A stretch of 64,000 nt of DNA from Chrysomallon squamiferum (lineage: Eukaryota > Animalia > Mollusca). This document shows positions 15,924 to 30,506 of this stretch, piece by piece. The notes beneath the pieces are model-generated. The model ran no database searches and had not been told where the DNA came from. It saw only the letters and a list, made by a program, of their open reading frames with translations. Both the position numbers and the translations under genes were made by a program. The stretch's first letter is position 1, and every line of letters begins with the position of its first letter. The stretch is from contig CM022674.1 in NCBI GenBank assembly GCA_012295275.1, positions 7,626,001 to 7,690,000 on the forward strand, read 5' to 3'.

Positions 15924-17920
15924 GGACAAAACAAACAAATATATAAATAAATAAATAACGAGAGCGCACTAAAAAACACTTGACTTTAATTAGCAAAAAC
16001 CGTCTAATCAGTACAAATATTAATTATTTACATTTTAATTAGTTTATGTTGTATAAACTTAACTCCAGTTTTACACTTGTACTGCTGTGCAACAGAAATA
16101 AAATATTTAACATTGTCATCTTTTCTGCTAGAGTACATCAAACTGGTATGAATAAACTTTTATTTATAAAACGTCTTTCTTTTAAAAAAAAAAATCTCTG
16201 TTATTGGCTCTTTTTATTATTATGATTTGCCTATATTCACGACATCAGAAATCTATTTAAAATCATCAGCGAAAGGAAATTTATTTTTAAGAAAGTAAAT
16301 TTTAATTGTTAGTTATTTTGGCTGTAGAAGTTTGTTTAAATGAACAACAGATGTGATGCACTGATGATTTCGTTTAATGATTCGCGGATCTGCGTGTCTC
16401 TAGTATCTGCTTCTACAATTTTACTTCTTTATTTTTTGTCCCTTTTACATTATTTCATTTTTTTTTGATCAAATCATTTATTTACCTATTTCCAAAAATT
16501 GCACTTTTCCCCACAGTGAAATAAATATATGATATTGACCAAAACGTTGAGAATTGTAATTTTTGAAAACACACTCTATACTGTCCATGGAAGATTTTTC
16601 AAAGTTATTTTCTTCGTGCGTTAAGAACACAAGCAAACTTAATAACAATAAAAAATAAAAATAAAAAAATAAAAAAAATAAAAAAATGTTACATTCGGAC
16701 CAATGTGACAGTTTTATGTGTTTATTCATTAATTTTCTTTAACTTAAATTTTGTCTGAACGGAAGACAGCCGTGTCATAAATCAGTGAAGCAATTAGGTG
16801 TTTGTTTCTGTGAACTCAGTTTTATTTGTTATTTCATCAAACAGCTCTGCGACCATACATCGTCACTGAAAATCTGTAGCTGAATATTAAAAACCCCCAC
16901 CAAAAACAACGTTTCAGTAACAAACTATGTTTATTAAAAAAGCAATTTAAAATAAATATAGATAATATTTACTGAATATTTTGTTAATTATCGTGAATAA
17001 GAACACTATATTGATAGCTGACATTTATTTTTAAACTAACATTTGTAAAAACTTGTTTGTCACGGAATACAATCAGTTTGTTTAAAAGTTTGAAGAGCGG
17101 AGGTGAAACATTATTTTTTTATTTTCTTTGTACTTTGGTGAAAAAAATCATTAATTCTTTTCACTTATAAATAAATAAATAAACAAATAACTTAGAGATT
17201 TATAAATAAAACAGTATGATTCAGTTTCAAAAAAACAAATTCATTTAAAAAATATAATAATGACGCAATGCTTATAAGTCCCAGCGTTGAAAAATTTATA
17301 AATAAAATAGTATTTGTGTCTGTAATGCAGTGTCGGTAATGCTCCTGGTTTAAATATTAATAATAAAAAAAAGTCACTGTGTTTATAAACGTCATATAGT
17401 TTAAATAAAATAACGCAATGTTTGAAAGCATTCTATATTTGTAATTAAATAACGCAAAGTTTGAAAACGTTATATATTTATAAATAATATATAAGTTTGT
17501 CATCGTTTTTCAAACTTTTGCAAACACTGATCGCTTACATATTATATATATATATATATAGGTAATAATGGAGTTTATTCGAAACGTCATATAACATGTT
17601 TATGACGTTTGGAAGCACTGCATCATTACATATATATATAACCCTAACCCAAACCCTATATATATATATATATATATGTAAAATGATGCAGTGTTTTCAA
17701 ACGTAATAAAAACGATGATAAACTTATAAAATTTGTTATCTAATTTGAGTACTTCGTTTCTGCCCATTATTTATTTTATATATATATTCCTAATTTACTT
17801 TCGCCATTCGCAATACTACAAAAACAACCAAAACATTAAATATATAATACTATATTTAAGAAATTGTTGATAATAATAAAATAATAATAATAATAATAGA
17901 AATAATAACAATAATAATAA

Positions 17921-17983
<63 letters not shown>

Positions 17984-20900
17984 TGATGATAATAATAATA
18001 ATAATAATAATAATGATAATCGCAAATAACTGTGATAATGATAATAATGCGAGTTTTCAGTGTTGTCGCTGAGTTTTCAGTGTTGTCGATGACGACGTTT
18101 CACAACGTCGAGCCTATCACCAGCTTCTGATCGTAACTGAAAACACACAACTAAAACCAGACTGAACAAGCGGGTAAAATGAGGAGAGAGACAGCAACAA
18201 AATACAAGTCTACTTTCTTTCTCCCGGAGAACGGGTTAAGTTTTAATAACGTCATTACTTTTCTGTATGTTATTCTTTCCATCTTTGAAAATTGCTTGAA
18301 ATACTTCATCACTCTGCACTTCATCGAGGAACAACTTCTAAAAAAAAAAAAAATGCCTACAGCTGTTTGCGAAAAATACTTAGATTGCAAACATTTTGTT
18401 TCAAAATTACTTCACCCGAATTACCCCTGTTACTTTATAGCAAACGCTCCAGAATGAAAGTGTTCTGTGGTCCGCTACGACATCACCGTGGACTCCCAAT
18501 CTGCAACTTCGCTTGTGCGGACCCTAAGCGATGTCGCATCACGGACCTCGGTTGAAAAAGCCCCTCTGTTTTAGCTGAAGGAGAACGTACAAACACGACC
18601 TGGTGTTGGAAAAGCCATCACGCACGTCGTCGCTAATCTGCGAATAAGTTTGTTACGCGTAATGACTTTTTAAAACTGTAATAGCAGATGTCCCAGTATT
18701 TCACTCAGACAGTTTCCGATAAAACCGCCGCGTCCAATAACTGTCTGCTTCCGTTACATCAACGCGCCCTTGTAGCCGCAGTATTTATGTACAAACCACG
18801 TTTACAGACTGGCCACGTTGTGTACAAGTCACGTTGTTTATGTAACAGTCACGTAATTTATGTGGTAGTCACGTTGTTTGTGTATCGCTCATGTAATTGT
18901 GTATCGCATTATTTATGTATCACTCACGTTGTTTATTGTATCACTTTGATTTTGTGTAACTAATAATAATTAGTGTAAAGTGTTTACTATTTCTTGTGTT
19001 ACATAAAATAATGATTAGTGTAAAGAGTTAACTGTTTCTTATTACTTTAAAATAAAGTAATAATTAGTTCTTATTTTACATTAAAATAATGATTAATGTA
19101 AAGTACTAACTATTTCTTCTGTTTAACTTTCAAATAGTAATCAGTTCAAAGAGTTAAAAAAAAAAGTGTTTAAAACAAACAGTGTAAAATACATCTAGCG
19201 TCGTATTTCAGAATAATTATTCGTTAATAATTATTCGCATCCATTGTTTTTGTCTTTTTGATACGCTCACAGAATCTAAAATTAGAAAGCGCCAGGCCGG
19301 TGTGGTTTGTAGAGCTGTCCAATTAATTGTTCATTATTTGACATTATTTTTTGAAAGCAGTGCCTACTGCTGCAGGGGATTTTCACACGGAAAACACAGA
19401 GAAATCAGCACTGGCGTGTAAGCGACTGCTTCAAGACTCATTTCTGCATAAATCTCTAATAACAAAAATTAGGGAGTGATTATTTTCGTGTTGTTTTCTA
19501 TCATACTTGATGTTTGTTATTTTTGTTATTAAATTACAGAGACATTTATGATACGTCTGGCACAGATAAATTTAAAAAGAGAAAGAAAAAAAAAAAGAAG
19601 AAGAAGAATAAGAAGTTATGAATACTGTTTTGGTGGTTAATTTTACAGTGTTGCGTCTGACATTCCGCTTTGTTCTGAACAGTTAGGGTTTCACAGAAAG
19701 GTGTGTGGTATGTGCTGCTCGTCAAATGAGGAGACAACGTAAAAAAGATCCAATGCTGCTCGGTTAGTATCAGAAATAAAGCATAAGTTTCAGGTTAGGT
19801 AACTCTGGTGATAAGAAACTTCAGTGGTATCTGTCTTTAGCGAGGTGAATGGCGACCCACGATGTATAGACACTTTTCCGAGTCGGATTATTTTTCAGTG
19901 AATTCGTCCCTCAAATCAGCGGACACGAACACACCTTTTTTAAATTATTATCATTCACTGCTAAAGCCGACAGCCATACCAATTTGTTTTCTCAAAAATA
20001 AAAAATGTTATTGCTGTAGGGCAGATTTATACGATATATTTAAAGATGGCGTCGCCCATTTCCTGCATTGCAGAGCGCATGCAGAGCGTATCTTTGTTTT
20101 TTCTTCACATAACCAGAACCCGCGAACTGAAATCACAAAACGCTAGTCCGTCAAAACTCGCGAGTTCAACTAATTTGGTAGATCATTTTGATTATTCAAT
20201 CATTCAACATCATTTCATGCATATTTATCTTTTATAAACACCGCTTTTGCGGAATGTTCTTTATTTGTTTTGGTGCGGCTGGCACAAATCAGAGGTCTGT
20301 TTGGAGTTCAAACGCAATATTTGTTTATATTTAAAAAAATAACATGATTAATTTACACCCTTCAGTGAACTCAGTATGTCTGCAGTTGTATTTTATGAGA
20401 AAGCCGTGACACTGTGGCAATGCCCGGCTACGACGATTTATATTTTTTCCTGTTACTGGTTTGATTCCTGTGCATAAAGATTGTAAATATGTTTTAAAAA
20501 AAAAATGTACCTGATGAGAGGACACCTGCGTTGTAGGGACATTTTGTTCGGCACAACACAGTACCACAGTATATATATATACCGAGTCTGGGGAAAAAAA
20601 AGTATTTATCTGCGGTAACTCGGTTTAGTATTTATCAAAGTGGGCTACTGAGAGTGAACTGACAGTGTTATAGCATTATCACTTTGTAATAGAAACTTCA
20701 ATTTCTGATGATGATGAAGGATATTGAATATAGTCTATTTGTGATGATGATTATTATAATTTTATTTTTAATCGGAATCACTGCTAGGGATAATTTACTC
20801 ATCTCCAGTAATTATCATAAATCATTAATATTTATTTATGGTTGTGTGTTCTATTTGTATTTACTGTAGTATAATATACAGCTGTATTCATATATACCAG

Positions 20901-22068
20901 ATTTCATTCAACTTACAAACGAATAAAATACCGTGAAATTGTATGGATTATAAATATAAAACAGTTACACAGGTGTGTGTATGTGCGTCCAGACTGATTT
21001 TTGAAAAGAATCATCTGGCTATTTTAAATTATGTTTTAAAAGTGGTCACAGACGTATGCTTTCTAAAAAGGTAGCATGTGGTAAAACAAGTAAAAGTATA
21101 AGCAGCACTTAATCTTTACTTTGTAAAAAATGTCTTAATGTCATTTCTGTATATTCAGACAACTGTGATGTCTCGGCGCGTTTATTTCTACTAAGCGAAT
21201 AAAATGGAGGATGCCTGGTGCACAAAGATCATGCTCCACTTGGTTTATTTCCCGATCCAGACACAACTGCACGATTATTTTACACAAGTCGAGATACTGT
21301 CTTTGTGTCGTAGTGAAGTAAAAGGTTTATTACGCAGCAGTAAAGTGTTTTCTTCTGATTATGTGTTAAATACAAACTTTTTCCTTCTCAGATTTTTGAT
21401 AAAAATAAAAGGAAAAAGAGAAAAAATTAAATATAACAACATGAAGTATAACGATGTACATGAAGTTGTGATCTACTATGGAGTTTTAGCATCATCACAG
21501 CTTCATAAACACAACGTCAGCAAATCCACTGCTAAAGATCCTAATCAAGTTCCAAAACGTGATTTTCGTATAAAAGCTCTCCATTTGGTACACAGTGTTT
21601 CATGCCCGTAACCATGACAAAAATATATGACAAACATATTTAAAGATGCTAAGCCATTCCATAGTTACGTGCTTCTTCAAAACAAAAATACCTTTTATAT
21701 TAATCTTTTTAAGTTATGTGAAATTAAAACGCAGGCGAGACACTAGTTAATGTTTTTACAAAATGCTTTGAAACGGAATGGTTGCTTAGTGCAGACGTGA
21801 CGTTTCGCTTGTCGCACATTAGCAGAACTGAACCGTCTGGCAATCTGCTACGATGATAATGATAAAACAATGAAAAGGATCAAAAATTTTATCATTTGAA
21901 GGTCAGCTGTAATAAACTATCACATAAAATCAATTTAATCGCCTTCGTCACGACATGAAAATGGCTGGTTTAGTTATCAGTCACCGAAAAGTAATTATCT
22001 GTCATAAGTAAGATGAACGTGTTTTCGTGATCACTATTATTCCGTTGTAGAGCCGTTTGATTCTCTTG

Positions 22069-22155
<87 letters not shown>

Positions 22156-23104
22156 GTGTGTGCATACGCGCACACATGCATAACACAAGCCTACAAAAAC
22201 AAATTGTCGCAAAATTATACTGTAGGAATTGTTATAAATTCTGTGTTCTACGATAATGTTACATATTAAATTTGTTTGATTAAGATGATAATTAGTACAT
22301 AATTAATGAAAACGATTTTACAATTACATATTTAATACTGGTTATGTACTTAATGATAATGATAATATATTTAATGAGTTCATAATCAGGCAGAAGCCGT
22401 AGAATACTGACAAAACAAATTTTGTTTATTAATAAATATAGAATTATGTATCTGCGTCGTTTATGACTTTATCTTTCTGTGTTCTCTGTCTCTGTGTCAA
22501 TCTCTGTCTCTCTCTCTCTTGTCTCTCTGTCTCCACCTGCCTTTCCTTAATACTGCACTAACAGAGACCTAAGTTATGTTGGTGATGACACAGAAGATTT
22601 CAATTAACAGAAAATGTATTCATACTGCAAAACGTTAGAAACAAAAAATCCAATATGTAGACAAAATCCGTTTTCATTGAAAGCTGCGCTGTAATCTTAA
22701 ATTTCATTTTCGTTTTTCGCGAACGGAAAACAAGTATATTAGTTTCAATAATCAACAGAGTTGTGAAACAATCAGCATTAAGATTGAAAAAAAAAAAAAT
22801 AAAAAGTAAACAGGATATGAACATTATTTATTTTGATCCATGTTGAACGTAGAAATAGTTACTTGTAAACGTGTCTTAAACAACGAAATAAATTTTAAAA
22901 ATTAAAAAAAAAATGTCTTCCAGTGTTTCAGTTACAAAAAACTGCTATCTTTTTGCCTTTATGCCAGATCGGCCAATTAGTTCTACACAAATGGCGTAAT
23001 TTTTGCCAAGAAAAACACGGAACAATACCGTGACGCTCTGTCTGGTGTTAATGAACTTTCTTTACAGCTAACATCTGTCTAGTAACAAAAATAATTATTT
23101 TTGT

Positions 23105-23725
23105 TCATACTAACACGCTCACGCAGTTTTACGTAACATATTATTTAATATTCATACTAACACGCTCACGCAGTTTTACGTAACGTATTATTTAATATTC
23201 ATACTAACACGCTCACGCAGTTTTACGTAACATATATTTAATATTCATACTAACACGCTCACGCAGTTTTACGTAACATATATTTAATATTCATACTAGC
23301 ATACTCACGTTGTAATACATAAAGTGTTTTTAATATTCACACTGGTAGTATTACGTAATGTATATTTAATATTCATGATGTACACTCAAGTAGTATTACG
23401 CAATTTTCATAGCTCAGTGATGTAGTATTACGTAACGTGTATTTAATATTCATACTAGTATTCACGTAGCATTATGTAAAGTGTATTTGTTAGCCATGCT
23501 AGCGCAGTAACGTAGTGTTACGTAACGTGTATTTAATATTCATATTAGTACTCACGTAGCATTATGTAAAGTGTATTTGATAGTCATGCTAGCGCAGTAA
23601 CGTAGTGTTACGTAACGTGTATTTAATATTCTTACTAGCGCAGTGATGTAGTATTAGGTAAAGTGTATTTAATATTCATACTAGTATTCATGTAGTATAA
23701 CGTAATGTGTATTTAATATTCATGT
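23105..23725. repeat. ~46-bp minisatellite in the pedal-peptide intron
   Basis: CATACTAACACGCTCACGCAGTTTTACGTAACATATATTTAATATT and diverged copies. Confidence 0.9.
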
Positions 23726-26033
23726 GTGTGTGTGTGCGTGTGTGTGAGTATTTACGAGTGCATCTGAGGGTGTCAGTATTCATCAGTATTTGTGTACGTA
23801 TGTCAGACTGTACGTCTGTATGTTAATATAAGCTGAGCTTCTGTCGGCTTTTATTTTTTGTGCTAAATCCAGTCACACCGTCTTATTCTGTCTGTCGTAT
23901 TTCATCTGTGAAATCTCGAATGTGTGAATTTGAAGACTATTGTTCTTACACTGACACACCTACCTCGCTGTGTGTTTAATGCACTAACACGGTGAGGCGT
24001 AATCTACAGACCAGTCACAATCTACTTGATTAGTTTTATCAATCAAATTTCCTCCCTTGTTCGATGAGCATCATTTAGGTCGGTGCGAAAGCTGGGACAC
24101 AGCGTCAAAAAATAGACTAATGTACGTTTCCTTTCCTCCTAGGTTTTCTTACCGAATGATATTTAATTACGTTTATAGAGATCAGTGAAAGACTTTGTTA
24201 CAGACGCCTCATCTTAATCTGGAGATAACCTATTTTTCGCTCAATTTGTAGACTATTTTATCGACTAATGAAATGAGGAAGAAGACACCTGACAAAGTAA
24301 TAAAGATTTTTTTTTTAATTATTATTCACCTTACGTCAATTACTCTAATAATTTGTATTTTTAAACTCTGCAGACACAATAATCTTGATCAGATACTCGG
24401 ATCAGTAATTAAATATATTAAGGAAAAGGACTGAAGAAAAAAAAAAGAGAGAGAAATTCATCAATCATTTGTTTAAAAAAAGTTTTTAACACAAATAAAA
24501 AAGATAAAAAAAAAATAAAAATATAAAAATAAAAATGAAATAAATAACTAAAGAAAGAATATTAAAGGTGAATAAAACAAAAACAAACATAAAAATCTAC
24601 TGAAAAGAAGAAGAAGATAAACAGTGATTATTATAATAAACAAATAAACAGAAATTTTACTAAATATTTGAATTATATTAAAAGACAATTCAATATGTAA
24701 TTTAAACTATATAAACATATATTGTTAGTTTGGATGCATACAGACAAATTTACTGTAAGTCAAAAATAACATACACAGACAATTTTATAATAAACTGAAC
24801 CAATGTAAACTTGTAATTTCACTGCAATGTACTGTATATTTGAGTCTGTAGAACAAGATACAAAGATATACTAGATGTTTGAAAGTAAACTCTACGTAAA
24901 GTTACATGTAAATTTGATATTTCATAATTACAGAATTATATTATGAGTTTGAATATAACTACTTAGATAATTTAATAATATTTGGAAATTTAACTATCGT
25001 ATTTAATATATAAGGAAGTTATTAAACGAAGTTTCTAAATCTATGATAAAACGACTGCTCTTCGTCACAAAGTAACAATGTCCCTACAATGCAAATGTCC
25101 TCTCATCAGACATTTTTTTCTTAACATATTTACAATCTTTACACTCTGGAACCATTTTTTTTTTTTTTTTCAAAGACGAGAAGATTGACAACGACGTGCT
25201 AATCAGACGACGTCATTGACGTGGATAAACGACATGTTCTATTTATTTCACGTGTTATCTAAGCACATCTCATCTCACAGTAATGACTGTGTGACACTCA
25301 AGTGTCGCTTCTTGTCTCACCAAAAATAGAGCACGTGCATCCGTCTGCCATTTCTAAAGCTTGAAGAAACGAATCGCGATGCTGAGCTTTTCATGTGATG
25401 ACAGAGGCAAAGAGCGTTTTAAACAACGACGACGTCAGCATGCTCTCCCACGTGAATCCGATTTGTCCAAACACATCCTCATCTTTATCAGATTAATAAG
25501 CATTCTTGCACGAGTTCGTGTGTAGGTTTGGTTACATATATGTCCGTGGTTACTGTTACAGTGCAGGTTAGGTTACATATATAAAAGTGGTTACTACTGC
25601 AGAATGTGCGGGTGGAATGTTGCTCACTCGCTCACTTCATTTTTTCACTCTCACATTTTCCCACTGTACGGCTCGAGGTATATCTTGATACAACTACCAC
25701 AAAATTTCCTAAAAGAGGCGAGAAAAATTAATTTCCCATTATGATTTTTAATTATGTCACTGAGAGAAATTAATATTTATGATAAATTTATCATTTTGGG
25801 AGAGCGTTCATCCCTCACCTAGCATCCATTGAAATACACGCATCTGATATGTAGATATCAGTTTAAGAAGACATTGTGTTTGTGTGTGTGTATCTGTATT
25901 AATGTTACTGTTTCACTCTATATGTGCATAGTTTTGTGTGTCTGTATTTGTATATCTGTATGTGTACGTTCAGATGTCTGCCTTTCTATATTTATGTACA
26001 AATATATAGACATTTAGGCAAAAAAAGACAGAA

Positions 26034-26132
<99 letters not shown>

Positions 26133-29071
26133 CTTTTTTATTTTCATCGTTAAAGACATTTTATCCGCTTGTTTCTCACGACAATCCGATCAGTTAACTA
26201 TTATCAGTTATTTGCTTTGACGTAGAAGTCTGTGATATTAACACACAATGACACCTACACAATCAGCGTCAACGACATTATCATCATCATCATCATCACC
26301 GTGTCATCGTCGCTGTATCAAGTAACCAGTAATATACCCCATACCAAGAACATAAATGAATGAATGAGAGAATGAATGAATGAGTGAGTGAATAAATAAT
26401 AAGTAAATAAGCAACGAAATTATCATCATCACCATTAAAAACCAATAATATACCTCACACACATAAATGAATGAATGAACAGAAAAAATAAATAAGCAAA
26501 TACATTATTATCATCATCACGACAACATCGTTACATCAAATAACCGGTAATGCACCCCAAACCAAGGACAAAAATAAATGAATGCGAGAATAAACAAATA
26601 TACAAACAAACAAATAAATAAGCACGAAACAGAAAAAAATGAGGAGAAAATATTTGTTCTCGTTGTTAAGACAGTTTTTTTTTTTTCTTCTATAAAACAA
26701 TTACTGTTGTTTAGTTAATTTGTTATAGACTGTAGTCATCACAGAATCAGTGGCTGGTGAGGAACAGCTAACTCACGGACAGAAACACTGAATCTAATCT
26801 CTTGGATTTTAGACATAACAAGTGTCCGTCGGGTTTTCATTAGTCGGCCATTTTGACAAACAGGGTCACTGGAAGAAGCATTTCGTGTCAGGATTTGTTT
26901 GTCAGTGTTGTTATGGTAACAACGTTTGCCTTAGACGAATTGATGATAAAATAATGTTCACCGAAAAACTGCTATGATGTACCAAGTGATACAGTTATGA
27001 GAAATCTGTTTAATCAAAAGTATCATGTACCCAATAATCGAGTTAAAATAAATGTAGTTCGTTGTATCACTATTACAGTGAAAAGAGAGATACAATTATA
27101 CCAAGCTCCGTTTAATGGGTAGCTACTGTTATAGCAAATATGTTATACCAGTAGTACCATGTAGCCAGTGATACAATTGTAGCAAGTTTATTGTATCGCT
27201 AGTACCATATTCAGTACCAGCGTGTACCCAGTGATACAATTATATCAAATATGTTTTATCGGCATTACCGCGTATCCACAGATACAGTTATAGCAAGTCT
27301 GTCGTGCAGGGACTAACGTGTACCGAGTGATACAGTTGTACCAAGTGTGTTGTATCGTTATTACCATTCAGTCAGTGGCGCAAATACAATAGCGTATACG
27401 TATTATATCGTGCATAACATAATATCCAAAGACACTGTTACAACAGTTTTATAATAATGTCGTTAATGATTGAATTATAGCAAGTTAATAATATTAGTTA
27501 ACACACAAGACAGCTATGAGAATTGTTGATAACTGTGTAGTGTGTGACTAATGATAAAAACGTGATAACGTAGGTGGAAAGTAAAAACTGAGATTAGTTT
27601 GAGTGCTACTCAATCGAGCACGTTTTTCAGCTGTGCAAGTACATTATGATTACTTCAACGACCCTGACGTCGTTAACACACACTTGTTGAGGAAGGACTC
27701 CGCTGGAAGCCGTTCTGTTGTTCCCGTGAAAATACGAGGTTGTTGTCAATTAAAATTTACGAGTAAAAATAGATTCGACTTAAACTGACAGATATTAATT
27801 TGGATGACGGGCTGGTTGAAGGTTCCTGCAACAACATGGGCATGAATAACGTGCTGTACAGCTGTTCTAGACGGTCACGTGGTTAGCACCTTGAACAGAA
27901 ATTGCACAGCTACCACCTGCTACCTGGTACATCGTCATAGTTTCAGTGAGTGTCCCTTTCAAAATACAGTGAAAATATCAAACCACTTCAGACAACACGA
28001 CTATACACTTCAATAACCTAAAGCAAGACTAACAGTCTGATAAATTTCATAACAAATAAAATATTCAAACAGAAAATTGTTGTCTGTATGAATGTACTTG
28101 TATGTATATATTGGTGTATACAATTTTATTTGCCTAAATGTTTATATATCCATACAGATAATTTTCTATTTGAATAATATATATATATAAATATAAATAT
28201 ATGTGTGTATATGTTTGTATGTATGTATGTATGTACACATATATGAATGTATAATATGCACATTATTTATGTATAGATGTTTGTAAGTATGCTTGTATAG
28301 GTATATATATAGATATGTACGTATATGTGGGTGTACATATTAATATAACGCTAAGTTAGTTCGCAGTGAGATATGTCTGTGTAAAATTCTTGTCGTGGTA
28401 ATTGTTCTTATTCAATCTGCTGTCTGTGATGTTGATAGTCAGGACATGCGCGTGGCCCGTTAGCGCTGGTACTTATCGGATCAGACGATGCGCCAAATAT
28501 TCTCGGCGGAATTTACACACGTACCAGTATATCCGCTTCTGTCCTGCTAAACGTGAACACTAATATTTCAAATAAAACACGAGTCCAGATCAACAACGAC
28601 ATGTGTCTTGGATGTCACTTTATATAAATAAATAAATAAATAAATAAACGAACGAAAGACAAAAAAAAAATAAATAAATAAATAAAAATAAAATAAAAAA
28701 TAAACGAACGAATGAATAAACATGAGAAAATTAAAATAGGCAAGTAAGGAACAGAGAGACAGAATGATGACATGTTGTATTGTGATTCAGTAAATAATAT
28801 CAAGAGTGAAAAAAATCCACTAGCGCTAGTAGTAGTAAAACAACAACAACAAAAACAACACAAAAGTTCAGCACCATTTGTATGAACCACTGATTTCAAA
28901 AATGTTATCGGTTTTCCTGAACGAAATGAGAGATCACCTGTTAATAGATCGTACGCTTCTGATACCCAAGTCTTTAAAACTCTGTTACAAACGTAAATTA
29001 AATAAATATTAAATGTAAATTAAATGTTATAGATTATGATAAACGGTATGACATTATTTCTACTGATTATG

Positions 29072-29122
<51 letters not shown>

Positions 29123-29689
29123 TAATTTCAAATGCCTGGTACTAATTTATTTTACGATGTAAAAGATAATCTGCTCAATCACTTACTATGTATGTGTGAC
29201 ACTGAACTGAGCTTGCCGTGCTAAACACATTTTACATTTTACCTAACCACTGCATAATAAACATTTTCATTTGGAATTTCAGACAATAAACTAGTTATAT
29301 TTTATAGTTGTGTTTGAAGTGATTACACGAAGACTTTAGAATAGCAGGAGATATTAAAACCTCATATAGTGCTGAAATCTGTCACAGATTTTATGATAAC
29401 GTTTTCCTATTTTGTGTGTGATAACGTACGTCTTGGTCGTAATTTGAGTATGTGATAATGTACATCAAATATCTTAATTTGTGAGTACGTCAAATGTCGT
29501 TATTTGCGCCTATGATAAAGTACGTCAAATGTAATTATATTACAGCAATGAGAAGTGCTGTCTTCTTGCTCACTAATACCGTTTATTAATTAATTTGTGA
29601 ATTCTTGTTTTTGAACATTATCTGTAATTTTCTTTGTTTACGATATTTAAAAGCTATAATTATAATTACTTGTAATGTAATATGAAATA

Positions 29690-30025
29690 TAAAATCTGTA
29701 TATTTACTCGGGGATGTAATATTTATAAATAAAACTAAAGCCTGTTTATACTGGGAGGTAATATTTGTTAATATTTGTACATGAGACTTCAACTCTTCAA
29801 ACTGGGAGATAATATATGTTAAAATTTGTACGTAACACGACAGACTGTTTATACTGGGAGGCAATATTTGTTAAATGTTATGTACGTAAGACTACAGACT
29901 GTTTATACGGGGTGGTAATATTTGTTAAAATTTGTACGTAAGACTACAGACTGTTTATACGGGGAGGTAATATTTGTTAATATTTGTACGTAAGACTACA
30001 GACTGTTTATACTGGGAGGTAATAT
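29690..30025. repeat. 52-bp minisatellite
   Basis: GTTTATACGGGGAGGTAATATTTGTTAATATTTGTACGTAAGACTACAGACT, about 6 copies. Confidence 0.9.
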
Positions 30026-30195
30026 TTAATTTTTCATGAAAATCATTTTATATATTTAATGATAATCTCTTTAAAATACTGTTAATAAAAACAATAATAA
30101 ATAAATAAACAAGTAAAAAATAAATAAGAACAGAAACACCAAAACAACAATAACAAAAACAGCAACAAGAACAAGAACACAACAGTAATAGCAGC

Positions 30196-30334
<139 letters not shown>

Positions 30335-30337
30335 TAA

Positions 30338-30396
<59 letters not shown>

Positions 30397-30506
30397 TAAT
30401 AATAATGATCACAAATAACGTTAGTGAGGTCCCTGTCAGATGCTGCAGTGCGAGTGTTCAGTGTTGTCTGACATATTTTAAATTTTGAACTTTGTTTCTT
30501 TCACAG

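Noticed and set aside
18466-18566. hAT-like right end (GCGGACCC...GGTTGAAAAAGCCCC)
   Set aside because: No matching left TIR or TSD found.
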